Below are positions 12,461-23,252 of a DNA stretch of 64,000 bases, in pieces (within the stretch, counting starts at the first letter, position 1; each line of letters starts with the position of its first letter). The DNA lies in the NCBI RefSeq assembly GCF_058153355.1, contig NZ_CM177019.1. One strand, given 5' to 3'. The position numbers and the translations under genes were made by a program. The notes beneath the pieces are model-generated. The model searched no databases. It saw only the letters and a program-made list of their open reading frames with translations, and had not been told where the DNA came from.

Positions 12461-12870
12461 TACTCCCGCTTCAGCCGTTTCGAATTACACAGCCATAAGG
12501 TGATCACCAGTAGCAGGATCGCTGCCGAGTAGATCAACACATCCAGTGGTGATTTATGATCGACGATGATCAAGCGCACAATGGCGGTGATCCCGATATA
12601 GACAAAGTAACGCAAGGGAAAGTGAAAACCGGACTGAAAGTACTTCACAATCAACGCGATAAATTCGAAATAGAGAAAGTAAACCACCAGCCCTTCCACC
12701 AGCTCATATTTGCTGGCTTGTTCTGGCGCGAACAGCACATCAGCCAGATGCACCGTTTCTTTGCCGAGGAAGACAACCAAAATCAGGCCGAGGCACAACA
12801 GGCCAAGATTGAGTACGGTCTGCAAAATGGTGGAGATAAACTCCACGCGCGGACGAGAGAGTGACGTCAT
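12460..12870 (-). CDS. psiE: phosphate-starvation-inducible membrane protein
   Basis: ORF contains the PsiE sequence from [47 protein letters not shown]...; 136 aa from the ATG at 12870. Confidence 0.9.
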
Positions 12871-12982
12871 AGCAGTACCTCCTTCACAATGGCGAGGTTC
12901 CTGTATAACGTAAAAATGTGACGGAGATCTATATTTTTTGTGTATGTTTTGTTCAGATCGATTAAATGGGCATCTCCCAACC

Positions 12983-13070
12983 AACGCCGGATGCGGCGTG
13001 AACGCCTTATCCGTCCTACCCGTAGGCCGGATAAGCCGCGCCTAGCGGCGCATCCGGCAAGACAAACCGC
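12983..13070. repeat. REP elements
   Basis: GCCGGATGCGGCGTGAACGCCTTATCCG and GTAGGCCGGATAAGCCGCG motifs. Confidence 0.65.
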
Positions 13071-13189
13071 ACCATAGCCTCTAATGCAAAAATCACCCAT
13101 TCAGGTGATTCCCAGCCACCAGCAATGCGCGAAAAATCGACAATGTTCCTCTGGAACAAATGAAACGTAACCTGATAAAGGTGGTAAAA

Positions 13190-13438
13190 ATGAAGCCTTA
13201 TTTTGCTGCTTTGATGTTATCAGTCTCTGTCCTTCCTGCTTATGCTGGTCCGCTCGGTACTGCTGATAAAGCCGACTTACCGCAAAGCGGTGTCTCCAGC
13301 CCAATGATGGCCCAGTCGCTCAGGCAACCAGACCTGCAACCAATATCGACGGACAGGAAAACAGAATGTTTTCGCCTTTACACACCAGATCGCAAACCGG
13401 GGGTGAACTGCGTTCCTGATGGCTCGACAGGCCATTAA
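13190..13438 (+). CDS. small putative secreted protein (signal-peptide-like N-terminus); function unknown
   Basis: ORF 13160..13438; the internal ATG at 13190 is preceded by AAGGTGG and gives MKPYFAALMLSVSVLPAYA followed by a hydrophilic region. Not verified against any database. Confidence 0.45.
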   Translation: MKPYFAALMLSVSVLPAYAGPLGTADKADLPQSGVSSPMMAQSLRQPDLQPISTDRKTECFRLYTPDRKPGVNCVPDGSTGH

Positions 13439-13484
13439 GAATGAAGGTGCCAGTGAGTGCGAAAACTGGCACCTTTCCTCTAAC

Positions 13485-15581
13485 TTAGCGGAAATTGACG
13501 CTTCGGTCGCTGGTCATGTCATACAACTGGAACTTACGCCCAAGTTGCTGACCACCGTCACGCGTCAGCGGCGTCCAGCCAATTGCCGCTCGGCTACGAG
13601 TCGGGCCAGACGAGAAGAGATCCAACGGTACAGAGATATACACGCCTTTGGTGAAGTCCCCTTCGCCGTACTCCTCTTTCGAAACATTCGTGATCGTGGC
13701 ATACCCACCCACTACCACGCCGCTATCAAAGCGTTTGGCGATTTCCAGCGTGCCGCCTTTATCCCCTGCCAGATATTGCCCGACGCTGGCTTTCACTAAC
13801 ACATCCTGAGCGAAAGATGGCGTCCAGTAGGCGGTCAGATGTCCGGTTTTCACGCTGTAATCGGTGAATTTCATCATATCTTTCGCGCTACGCCAGTCGC
13901 GCTGTTTAACGTAGTTAGCATCCAGACCAAACGCCCAGTTGCTATCCAGCGGGCGATACAACACCTCTGCCCCCACGCCGCCAAACATGGTTTCGAGATA
14001 ACCACCGTAGACCTGACCGTAGAAGCCGTTGCCCAGATGCTGGAAGTAGTTGGCTTGCAGGTTATTCACATAGACATCATTCTGCACATACTCACGCACA
14101 TGGGTACGAACGCGCGGTAAGTGCGAGTCCTGCGGTGGATTGGTGTAATTAAACTTGTCGTAATTGTTCGCCAGGTTAGCAAACAGGCTACCGGTGGTCA
14201 GCAGATGGTCCGTCAGCCACAAATCCGCCGTTCCCATCACGCCCAACTGGTACATGTAAAAGTTTTCCGGGCCACCGACCGACTGGTTCAGCACCGGATC
14301 GATATGGAAATCAAAGCGCGATTTGTCGATATACCAGCCCTGTTCGGTGGATGCAGGAACTACCGGCTCGACGCGTTTTTGCGCCAGCGTCGTTTCGTGG
14401 CCCAACGACTCTCCGGCAAGATGATTTTTCAGGCTGGCTACATCGGTTTCCGTCGTCACCTGCGGCATGTTAAGGCGATTTTCTGTAACGCGGATCGTCT
14501 TGATCCCCTCCGGCAGATCGTTCATCACGATCCGATTAGCACGGATGATCCCTTCACGCGAATCACGATATTTCACCTGCTCACCGGTGACGTACAGCGT
14601 ATCGCCTTTCGTCTGGATCTGCGGATCGGCCAGTCCGGCGTTGTATTTCAACAGCGTTAACTGATTCGCCACCACCGAATGCTGCAAAATGGCATCCTGT
14701 GGTTGCGGTTGATATTGCGGACGGGCGTTATCGTTGTAGGACGGCCGTAGATCGTTAAAGTTGGTGCGAAGCGTGACGCCAAACATAAAGGTGTTACCCC
14801 GTTCATAGCTAAGATTAACGTCGGCCCAATCGGTAACGCGATAAATCGCCCCGACGTTAAACTTACTTTTTTGCTCCAGCTTCCCGGCAAAATCCTGCTG
14901 ATAATTATTGCCTTCATACTCCAGTTTCAGACGCAGCGGCTGCCAAGGCGTCTGGTATTCCACGCCGCCAAACAGTGAGGCCGGACCGTGGAACATCTGG
15001 CTGCCGTCGATAGATCCCGCTTGTTTGTAGCTGTTATCGCGATAGCAATATTTGTCACTGGCTGAACAGAGCGGATTTTTCACGTTACCGCTGGTGCCCA
15101 GATATCCCCAGCCCAGGCCGAGCGTAAAATCGAATGGCCCCCAGGCTTTGCTGGCGACAAGATATTCCGCATCGAACAGCCCCGTACCGCCGATATCCCG
15201 CGCACCAACCGCCACCTGTGGCAGCCAGTAACTCTCTTCCCATAAACGCAGTTTGAGATCGAAGGCTTTATCTTTATACGTTTGATCACCAGAGAACGCT
15301 TCGACGCTGCTGTACTGCCGAGTGCGCACGTCGGTATAACGCAGCGTTGTTTCCAACCACGGGAAGAGTTGCACCGAAGCAGAGTAATAACGGTACTGAT
15401 CGTTATCGCGATAGTTCAGACTCAACTCCCCTTCCCGCGCCATGCGCGCGGTAGGTGTTTGTAATAATCCTACACCACCGAAATCCGATTGCGACGGACC
15501 AATAGGCGCAGGATATGTTTCGCCGTAGCAAGCCGTGCTAATGCCCAGCGCCAGTAAACTAAGCAGATGTCTTTTTTTCAT
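13485..15581 (-). CDS. yjbH: YjbH outer-membrane protein (yjbEFGH exopolysaccharide locus)
   Basis: 698-aa ORF beginning [20 protein letters not shown] in the position of yjbH relative to psiE and pgi. Confidence 0.88.
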   Translation of the reverse strand: MKKRHLLSLLALGISTACYGETYPAPIGPSQSDFGGVGLLQTPTARMAREGELSLNYRDNDQYRYYSASVQLFPWLETTLRYTDVRTRQYSSVEAFSGDQTYKDKAFDLKLRLWEESYWLPQVAVGARDIGGTGLFDAEYLVASKAWGPFDFTLGLGWGYLGTSGNVKNPLCSASDKYCYRDNSYKQAGSIDGSQMFHGPASLFGGVEYQTPWQPLRLKLEYEGNNYQQDFAGKLEQKSKFNVGAIYRVTDWADVNLSYERGNTFMFGVTLRTNFNDLRPSYNDNARPQYQPQPQDAILQHSVVANQLTLLKYNAGLADPQIQTKGDTLYVTGEQVKYRDSREGIIRANRIVMNDLPEGIKTIRVTENRLNMPQVTTETDVASLKNHLAGESLGHETTLAQKRVEPVVPASTEQGWYIDKSRFDFHIDPVLNQSVGGPENFYMYQLGVMGTADLWLTDHLLTTGSLFANLANNYDKFNYTNPPQDSHLPRVRTHVREYVQNDVYVNNLQANYFQHLGNGFYGQVYGGYLETMFGGVGAEVLYRPLDSNWAFGLDANYVKQRDWRSAKDMMKFTDYSVKTGHLTAYWTPSFAQDVLVKASVGQYLAGDKGGTLEIAKRFDSGVVVGGYATITNVSKEEYGEGDFTKGVYISVPLDLFSSGPTRSRAAIGWTPLTRDGGQQLGRKFQLYDMTSDRSVNFR

Positions 15582-16318
15582 TATTGCGGTATCCGCTGCG
15601 TCAGAGTCTGAAGAATGTCAGCGTTAAGGGCATCAGGCGTCTCACTCCAGACGGAGTCCGCGAGGCCAACATAAATAATGCTGCCGGGCATCGGCTCTAC
15701 GTGACGCTTGTTCCAGTAAGCCACCGGTGCTTTTTGCGTGCGTCCATCCGGATAAACGACCCACGCGTAGCTGCGATCCGCGCCGCTAAGCAGACTTTGC
15801 CCGGAGAGATAGCTCGCCACGTCGCGACCTGGAGTGAATGGCTGATTGCCAGGGCGGCTGATAAGCCCGAACAACGTGACCGTGGACGGCGGTGGTCCGA
15901 CCCACAGCGTGTAGTTGCCCTGCAACGGCGGGTTACCGCGTTCGGCAACGCGCACGATATCAGGATCAAGATTGATTTTTTGTCTGCCCGTCACCTTCAA
16001 CGCCTGAATTTGCTGGCGTAAGGCGTTAATGGCGGCGGCATCGTCGGTGCTGGATTCTGAGGCCAGTTCTGCCAGCCTTTTCAGCAACGCCTGCTGCTGC
16101 CGTAATGCCGCCGCCGTTGCCAGCTCTTCGCTAATCACCGCTCCGGGCCACCAACTGTTTGCCAGCCGCGGTTGGCCTACCAGATCAATTAAATGCTCTG
16201 CGCCTGTCAGCGTTTTGGCCTCATTGCTGCCATTACTGAACACTTTGACGGTGCCTGCCGCAAAGACCGATGACGCTCCCACGCTCATAATCAACGCAGC
16301 AATAGTTTGTTTAATCAT
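15581..16318 (-). CDS. yjbG: YjbG periplasmic protein (yjbEFGH locus)
   Basis: ORF contains [22 protein letters not shown]... (245 aa) from the ATG at 16318; the ORF-track start is further upstream; overlaps the yjbH start by 1 nt. Confidence 0.82.
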   Translation of the reverse strand: MIKQTIAALIMSVGASSVFAAGTVKVFSNGSNEAKTLTGAEHLIDLVGQPRLANSWWPGAVISEELATAAALRQQQALLKRLAELASESSTDDAAAINALRQQIQALKVTGRQKINLDPDIVRVAERGNPPLQGNYTLWVGPPPSTVTLFGLISRPGNQPFTPGRDVASYLSGQSLLSGADRSYAWVVYPDGRTQKAPVAYWNKRHVEPMPGSIIYVGLADSVWSETPDALNADILQTLTQRIPQ

Positions 16319-16983
16319 TGTTTTGCCGCCTTGATGAGAGTGGTTTTCACCGGGAAATAATCCGCGCCGAGATACTGTTCCGACTGGCGAATTTGCCCTT
16401 CGCTGTCGATCCAATAGCGGTTATGCCAGCGTGCCTGGTCGGTGGAGACTTCTTCGTCCAGCACACGAACCGGAGTTTCATCGCTACCGACTTTGACGGT
16501 ATCGGTGCCATCCCATTTGAAAACCGAGCGTGCGGTGGCGTAGCGCACCTGCTGGTACTCGGTCCAGCCCATCGTGCGCGTCCAGGTTGCGCCATCAACA
16601 ATTTGTGCGGGTTTTATCAGCGGGTCGGCGGCAAGGTTATTCACTTCAATCAGGTTGTCGCCGCCAAGCAAAGTCTTCACCAGACGACCATGTTGTGTGA
16701 CGAGAGTGGCTTGATCCTGAGTAACCCATTTTTGTTGTCCGTCTTCAGCGAAGGCCAGCACCACAAACAACTGCGGCCCGCCATTAAGCTGCATGTACTG
16801 GCTGGCATAGGGCATATTTTGAATATCATCGTCCGTCAGCTGTACGCCTGGCGTACCGAACAGACTGTCCCACAGTGAATTGCCCAGCTCTTTAGTCGTG
16901 GCTGAACAGGCCTGTAATAGCAGGCAGATAAGAATGAGTGCAGGTCGCTTCACGACTCTTCTCCAGAGGGGCAGAATAACCAC
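16315..16983 (-). CDS. yjbF: YjbF lipoprotein (yjbEFGH locus); start codon uncertain, probably a GTG internal to the ORF-track ORF
   Basis: ORF contains KRPALILICLLLQAC (lipobox LLQAC); 4-nt overlap with the yjbG start. Confidence 0.78.
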   Translation of the reverse strand: MVILPLWRRVVKRPALILICLLLQACSATTKELGNSLWDSLFGTPGVQLTDDDIQNMPYASQYMQLNGGPQLFVVLAFAEDGQQKWVTQDQATLVTQHGRLVKTLLGGDNLIEVNNLAADPLIKPAQIVDGATWTRTMGWTEYQQVRYATARSVFKWDGTDTVKVGSDETPVRVLDEEVSTDQARWHNRYWIDSEGQIRQSEQYLGADYFPVKTTLIKAAKQ

Positions 16984-17067
16984 ACCGGAGTGTGGTTATG
17001 GTTAATCCCCGTCATACTTCAAGCCACAGATGCGGTGACTCGAATTATTTTGGGGATACATACTTTA

Positions 17068-17310
17068 TTACTGGGTACTGGTGGTTGTGGTTGTTGTGGT
17101 CCCGGTATTAGAACCATCACCGCCACCGGTTGCCGCGAGCGCGACACCCACCGCCGAACTTACGGTGCTGACGCTGGTCGCGGAGGAACTACCCGCCGAA
17201 ACCGACGTTGCTGCCGACCCTGCTGCTTCGCCCACCTGTACAGGTGCAGCCCACGCAGAAGTCGCCGCAAGCGCAGATATGGCAAAAATGCCATACAGAA
17301 CTTTTTTCAT
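17068..17310 (-). CDS. yjbE: YjbE small secreted Thr/Ser-rich protein
   Basis: 80-aa ORF beginning [23 protein letters not shown] and ending in a poly-Thr tract, as YjbE. Confidence 0.85.
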
Positions 17311-17611
17311 AACAATTTCCCTTCATTGAATGAATGGAGATTTACCCAAAAACATTTCGGGCGGGATCGAGTATACACAACTAAAGCATGCGAATTACGG
17401 CGTGGGGAATTAGTGATGGGGTTTTAAGATAATTGGAATGAATATCAAATATAAGTTTCAACTTATATATAAATAATATTTAAAATCGAAAATTTAAAAC
17501 AAAATCAAAAATAATTAACCTACGTATTTTCCGAAATCAATCATGATTAAAAATCTATTTTAGGATTAACCTCACGGTATGATTTTCGTTAAATCACAGA
17601 CAAGGGGATTT

Positions 17612-17649
17612 ATCTGATAAAACAATGCCGACTTATAGTCGGCATTGTT
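17612..17649 (-). terminator. candidate rho-independent terminator downstream of pgi
   Basis: On the minus strand, AACAATGCCGAC-loop-GTCGGCATTGTT hairpin followed by TTTTATC. Confidence 0.5.
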
Positions 17650-17716
17650 ATTAAGGTTATTTAATCAATCCTGCTATGTATTAATTGCCGAATATGATGT
17701 ACATATCGGCATCGAC

Positions 17717-17797
<81 letters not shown>

Positions 17798-17825
17798 TAT
17801 CATCGGCATCAAGCTCGCTCGATGA

Positions 17826-19475
17826 TTAACCGCGCCACGCTTTATAGCGGTTAATCAGACCATTGGTCGAGCTATCGTGGCTGCTGATTTCTTTATCATC
17901 TTTCAGCTCTGGCAGAATACGGTTCGCCAGCTGTTTACCCAGCTCCACGCCCCACTGGTCGAAGGTGAAGATGTTCAGGATCACGCCCTGAGTAAAGATT
18001 TTGTGCTCATACAGCGCAATCAACGCACCCAGGCTGAACGGAGTGATTTCGCGCAGCAGGATAGAGTTGGTTGGGCGGTTACCTTCGAACACTTTGAATG
18101 GTACCACGTAGTCAAGCGTTGCCGGATCTTTACCCTGATCGCGATATTCCTGCTCAACCACTTCGCGGGATTTACCAAACGCCAGCGCTTCGGTCTGAGC
18201 GAAGAAGTTAGACAGCAGTTTCTGGTGATGATCAGAGAGCGGGTTATGGGTGATAGCCGGGGCGATGAAATCGCACGGCACCATCTTCGTACCCTGGTGG
18301 ATCAGCTGGTAGAACGCGTGCTGACCGTTCGTGCCAGGTTCACCCCAGATAATCGGGCCAGTCTGGTAATCCACAACGTTACCGTTACGGTCAACATACT
18401 TACCGTTGGACTCCATATTGCCCTGCTGGAAGTACGCTGCAAAACGGTGCATATACTGGTCGTACGGCAGAATCGCTTCAGTTTCCGCGCCAAAGAAATT
18501 GTTGTACCAGATGCCAATCAGCGCCAGCAGTACAGGCAGGTTTTTCTCTGCAGGCGTGGTGGAGAAATGCTTGTCCATCGCGTGTGCGCCAGAAAGCAGT
18601 TCAACGAAGTTATCAAAGCCGATGGAGAGAACAATCGACAAGCCAATCGCTGACCATAAAGAGTAACGACCGCCGACCCAGTCCCAGAACTCGAACATGT
18701 TGGCGGTATCAATACCAAACTCACCAACGGCTTTGGCATTGGTTGAGAGCGCAGCAAAGTGTTTCGCAACGTGTTTCTCATCACCTGCCGCTTTCAGGAA
18801 CCAGTCACGCGCGCTATGGGCGTTGGTCATGGTTTCCTGAGTGGTGAAGGTTTTAGATGCTACCAGGAACAGCGTGGTTTCCGGGTTCACTTTTTTCAGC
18901 ACTTCCGCGATGTGAGTCCCATCGACGTTAGAAACAAAGTGCATGTTCAGGTGATTTTTGTACGGACGCAGTGCTTCAGTCACCATGTATGGGCCGAGGT
19001 CAGAACCGCCGATCCCGATGTTCACTACGTCAGTGATTGCTTTGCCGGTATAGCCTTTCCACTCACCAGAAATAATCGCTTCCGAGAAGGTTTTCATCTT
19101 CTCCAGCACCGCGTTGACTTCCGGCATAACATCTTTGCCATCAACCAGAATCGGGGTATTGCTACGGTTACGCAGCGCTACGTGCAGAACAGCGCGGTTT
19201 TCGGTGCGGTTGATCTTCTCGCCAGAGAACATCGACTTAATCGCGCCAGCTAAATCACACTCTTTCGCCAGATCCTGTAATTTCGCCAGCGTCTCTTCAG
19301 TGATGCGGTTTTTGGAGTAATCCACCAGCATCTGATCGTCGAAGGTTGCGGAGAACTTAGAAAAACGATCGCCGTCTTTAGCAAAAAGATCGGCGATCGT
19401 AACGTCTTTCATTTCATCGAAGTGTTTCTGTAGTGCCTGCCAGGCCGCGGTCTGCGTTGGATTGATGTTTTTCAT
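17826..19475 (-). CDS. pgi: glucose-6-phosphate isomerase
   Basis: ORF contains the Pgi sequence from [38 protein letters not shown]...; 549 aa from the ATG at 19475. Confidence 0.97.
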
Positions 19476-19699
19476 TAGCAATACTCTTCTGATTTTGAGA
19501 ATTGTGACTTTGGAAGATTGTAGCGCCAGTCACAGAAAAATGTGATGGTTTTAGTGCCGTTAGCGTAATGTTGAGTGTAAACCCTTAGCGCAGTGAAGCA
19601 TTTATTAGCTGAACTACTGACCGCCAGGAGTGGATGAAAAATCCGCATGACCCCATCGTTGACAACCGCCCCGCTCAACCTTTATTTATAAATGTACTA

Positions 19700-19999
19700 C
19701 CTGCGCTAGCGCAGGCCAGAAGAGGCGCGTTGCCCAAGTAACGGTGTTGGAGGAGCCAGTCCTGTGATAACACCTGAGGGGGTGCATCGCCGAGGTGATT
19801 GAACGGCTGGCCACGTTCATCATCGGCTACAGGGGCTGAATCCCCTGGGTTGTCACCAGAAGCGTTCGCAGTCGGGCGTTTCGCAAGTGGTGGAGCACTT
19901 CTGGGTGAAAATAGTAGCGAAGTATCGCTCTGCGCCCACCCGTCTTCCGCTCTTCCCTTGTGCCAAGGCTGAAAATGGATCCCCTGACACGAGGTAGTT
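19700..19999 (+). promoter_or_regulatory. lysC 5' leader containing the lysine riboswitch (L-box)
   Basis: Leader sequence GAGGCGCGTTGCCCAAGTAACGGTGTTGGAGGAGCCAGTCCTGTGATAACACCTGAGGGGGTGCATCGCCGAGGTGATTGAACGGCTGG... matches the E. coli lysC leader as I recall it; immediately upstream of lysC. Confidence 0.85.
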
Positions 20000-21349
20000 A
20001 TGTCTGAAATTGTTGTCTCCAAATTTGGCGGTACCAGCGTAGCTGATTTTGACGCCATGAACCGCAGCGCTGATATTGTGCTTTCTGATGCCAACGTACG
20101 TTTAGTTGTCCTCTCGGCTTCTGCTGGTATCACTAATCTGCTGGTCGCTTTAGCTGAAGGACTGGAACCTGGCGAGCGATTCGAAAAACTCGACGCAATC
20201 CGCAATATCCAGTTTGCCATTCTGGAACGTCTGCGTTACCCGAACGTTATCCGTGAAGAGATTGAACGTCTGCTGGAGAACATTACTGTTCTGGCAGAAG
20301 CGGCGGCGCTGGCAACGTCTCCGGCGCTGACAGATGAACTGGTCAGCCACGGCGAGCTGATGTCGACCCTGCTGTTTGTTGAGATCCTGCGCGAACGCGA
20401 TATTCAGGCACAGTGGTTTGATGTACGTAAAGTGATGCGTACTAATGACCGATTTGGTCGTGCAGAGCCAGACGTAGCCGCGCTGGCGGAACTGGCTGCG
20501 CTGCAGCTGCTCCCGCGCCTCAATGAAGGCTTAGTGATCACCCAAGGATTTATCGGCAGCGAAAGTAAAGGTCGTACAACGACGCTTGGCCGTGGAGGCA
20601 GCGATTATACGGCAGCCTTGCTGGCGGAGGCCTTACACGCTTCTCGTGTTGATATCTGGACCGATGTCCCAGGCATCTACACCACCGATCCACGCGTGGT
20701 CACCGCAGCAAAACGTATTGATGAAATCGCGTTTGCCGAAGCGGCAGAGATGGCAACTTTTGGTGCAAAAGTACTGCATCCGGCAACATTGCTACCCGCA
20801 GTACGCAGCGATATTCCGGTGTTTGTCGGCTCCAGTAAAGACCCACGCGCAGGTGGTACGCTGGTGTGCAATAAAACTGAAAATCCGCCGCTGTTCCGCG
20901 CCCTGGCGCTTCGTCGTAATCAGACTCTGCTCACTTTGCACAGCCTGAATATGCTGCATTCTCGCGGTTTCCTCGCGGAAGTTTTTGGCATTCTCGCGCG
21001 GCATAATATCTCGGTGGATTTAATCACCACATCAGAAGTGAGCGTGGCATTAACCCTTGATACCACCGGTTCAACCTCCACTGGCGATACATTGCTGACG
21101 CAATCTCTGCTGATGGAGCTTTCCGCACTGTGCCGGGTAGAAGTGGAAGAAGGCCTGGCGCTGGTCGCGTTGATTGGCAATGACCTGTCAAAAGCCTGCG
21201 GCGTAGGCAAAGAGGTATTTGGCGTACTGGAACCGTTTAACATCCGCATGATTTGCTACGGCGCATCCAGCCATAACCTGTGCTTCCTGGTGCCCGGCGA
21301 AGATGCCGAGCAGGTGGTGCAGAAGCTGCATTTTAATTTGTTTGAGTAA
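20000..21349 (+). CDS. lysC: lysine-sensitive aspartokinase III
   Basis: 449-aa ORF beginning MSEIVVSKFGGTSVADFDAMNRSADIVLSDANVRLVVLSASAGITNLL, matching LysC. Confidence 0.97.
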   Translation: MSEIVVSKFGGTSVADFDAMNRSADIVLSDANVRLVVLSASAGITNLLVALAEGLEPGERFEKLDAIRNIQFAILERLRYPNVIREEIERLLENITVLAEAAALATSPALTDELVSHGELMSTLLFVEILRERDIQAQWFDVRKVMRTNDRFGRAEPDVAALAELAALQLLPRLNEGLVITQGFIGSESKGRTTTLGRGGSDYTAALLAEALHASRVDIWTDVPGIYTTDPRVVTAAKRIDEIAFAEAAEMATFGAKVLHPATLLPAVRSDIPVFVGSSKDPRAGGTLVCNKTENPPLFRALALRRNQTLLTLHSLNMLHSRGFLAEVFGILARHNISVDLITTSEVSVALTLDTTGSTSTGDTLLTQSLLMELSALCRVEVEEGLALVALIGNDLSKACGVGKEVFGVLEPFNIRMICYGASSHNLCFLVPGEDAEQVVQKLHFNLFE

Positions 21350-21493
21350 TATTTCCCTACTGGCGTATAACGCTCACCAATTGTTATACGCCATCCTCAC
21401 TAAAAATATAGATTAAATAATATCTGAAAAGCAAAATCACTCCTGTAGAACAGTATTATAATCACCGAAAAATATCATTTAACAGGAGTGTTA

Positions 21494-22423
21494 ATGGCTA
21501 CATTAATGGAAAAAGATGCGCTTTTAAACGGAGCCAGTCAGTGCATCGCGTTTTTATCAAATATCGTTGATAATTGCTCCGTTTCGTCACGTCAGGATTC
21601 AGTCGATGATCTCACACGATTAGTTGGCTATCGCGATTATCTTTATTCCACTCCAGCTGAATTTGTTGATTTTACACAGGGAAAGAGTCACCTTCAGCAG
21701 GTAAGAACTCAATATCAGCGTGAATTCAATAATACTGCACATTCAGAAAATAAAGTATCTTTTGATTCTATTTGGCAGCGTCTGACAAATCATGAAGTCA
21801 CACCGCAACAGCATCCCATTGGTTTTGTTTTAGGTGGGCAACCCGGAGCGGGTAAATCATCGCTGATTGAATTAGCAAAAAGGGAAACAAAGAATAATAT
21901 AATGATTATTAACGGTGATGATTTCAGATTTCTACACCCTGATTTTAATTATATCTACCAAACTCATGGGGATGATTTTGTTACCCATACGGCGAAATTT
22001 TCCGGCGAAACGGTCGAACGAGCAATTGAGAGGGCGATAGTCAGTAAACTCAACATTGTTGTCGAAGGAACATTTCGTAATGCCACTACGCCGCTACAAA
22101 CATTAAAAAAACTCAAAGATGCAGGCTACCAAACAAACGTCATGATAAAAACCACCTCAGCGACGGTAAGCTGGGAAAGCACCAATGAACGGTATAATAA
22201 GGACAAAGAGGCGGGAAATATCGCCCGAAAAGTGGATAAAAACCACCACGATCTCGTCACCGATTTGCTGGCAGAAAATGCCAGCAAGGTGTTTGCTTCG
22301 AACCTGGCAGATAAGTTTGCGGTGTATTCGCGTGAGAAGATGATATTTAGTTCACAAGCGGCAACGAATGACGATATTGCGACGCTTATACAGAAGGTAA
22401 TCAGCGGGAATTCACAAGAATAA
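21494..22423 (+). CDS. zeta-toxin-family P-loop kinase with an N-terminal extension of about 100 aa (EzeT-like single-chain toxin-antitoxin architecture)
   Basis: Walker A GGQPGAGKSS, followed by INGDDFRFLHPDF and VVEGTFR, which align with zeta-toxin motifs (GGQPGSGKTS / DxF / VIEGTGR); ATG at 21494 preceded by AGGAG; AT-rich relative to neighbours. Confidence 0.72.
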   Translation: MATLMEKDALLNGASQCIAFLSNIVDNCSVSSRQDSVDDLTRLVGYRDYLYSTPAEFVDFTQGKSHLQQVRTQYQREFNNTAHSENKVSFDSIWQRLTNHEVTPQQHPIGFVLGGQPGAGKSSLIELAKRETKNNIMIINGDDFRFLHPDFNYIYQTHGDDFVTHTAKFSGETVERAIERAIVSKLNIVVEGTFRNATTPLQTLKKLKDAGYQTNVMIKTTSATVSWESTNERYNKDKEAGNIARKVDKNHHDLVTDLLAENASKVFASNLADKFAVYSREKMIFSSQAATNDDIATLIQKVISGNSQE

Positions 22424-22455
22424 TAAGGGATGATGGAGTGAAATAACGCCGGGCA

Positions 22456-23247
22456 TCACGTCCGGCGTATCACTGTTTGATACAACAACCCATCCAGCTC
22501 CCTGGCATCTCCATCCCTGCTATCCGGTAACACTGGTGGAATTTCCCCACGCGCCAGTTCCGCACGAATAAACGCATGTAACAAAGGACGGCGCGGACCA
22601 TATTCCGCTTCTCCCGCGCGCTGTTTACGTTCCAGCAGTTCGTCTATTTCTGCGCGTAACGGCGCATCAAGCTCGCTTCCCGCCAGTAACTCGGCAAAGC
22701 GCATTGGCGGCACGCCTTTTCCCGCTTCAACCCAGCGTACGGCCAGCAGCGGACGCAGCACGTAAAAGTATTTTTTCAGTCGAACTTCATCGCCCTGCAA
22801 ATAGTCGCGGAAGTTTTTCTGCGCCATCGAATAGTAATGCCAGCGTGCACGCAACGAAGAAAACCACATTGGGACCATTGCCTTAAGCGCCGTTATCGTT
22901 TCTTCATCTTGTTGATAGACCACCGGAGAATCCAGCCATTCTATCAGCGTCGGATTCGCGCCTTTCAATAATCCCAGCGCCTTACGCCACTCCCAACCGG
23001 AAACATCTAATTCGTCGTCGATGGGCAGCTCGATAACATCGCGCGGCGCCTCCACCCGCAGATACCATTCCAGCGGGTGAACATACAAAAATCGTACATC
23101 GTAGTCGCTGTCGGGAGAGGCAAATCCCCAGCCGCGGCTGCCTGATTCGCAGGCGTACAGCACTTTCACGCCATAGAGACGTTCTATTTCTTTTAACTGC
23201 TGCGATACCCGTTCGCGCATCGCAGCACTGACTCCATTTAATGGCAT
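22456..23247 (-). CDS. pol-beta-superfamily nucleotidyltransferase (GS-x9-DxD motif; resembles the COG3541 / RlaP-type predicted nucleotidyltransferase family)
   Basis: CESGSRGWGFASPDSDYDVRF contains the G-S...D-x-D nucleotidyltransferase signature; about 263 aa from the ATG at 23247 (ORF-track GTG at 23256 overlaps the upstream gene); translationally coupled to the SPFH gene. Confidence 0.68.
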   Translation of the reverse strand: MPLNGVSAAMRERVSQQLKEIERLYGVKVLYACESGSRGWGFASPDSDYDVRFLYVHPLEWYLRVEAPRDVIELPIDDELDVSGWEWRKALGLLKGANPTLIEWLDSPVVYQQDEETITALKAMVPMWFSSLRARWHYYSMAQKNFRDYLQGDEVRLKKYFYVLRPLLAVRWVEAGKGVPPMRFAELLAGSELDAPLRAEIDELLERKQRAGEAEYGPRRPLLHAFIRAELARGEIPPVLPDSRDGDARELDGLLYQTVIRRT

Positions 23248-23252
23248 GTTAC

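Noticed and set aside
21361-21393. Hairpin TGGCGTATAAC..GTTATACGCCA just downstream of lysC
   Set aside because: An 11-bp stem but no following U-run; it may be a weak terminator or an island junction feature, with not enough evidence to call either.
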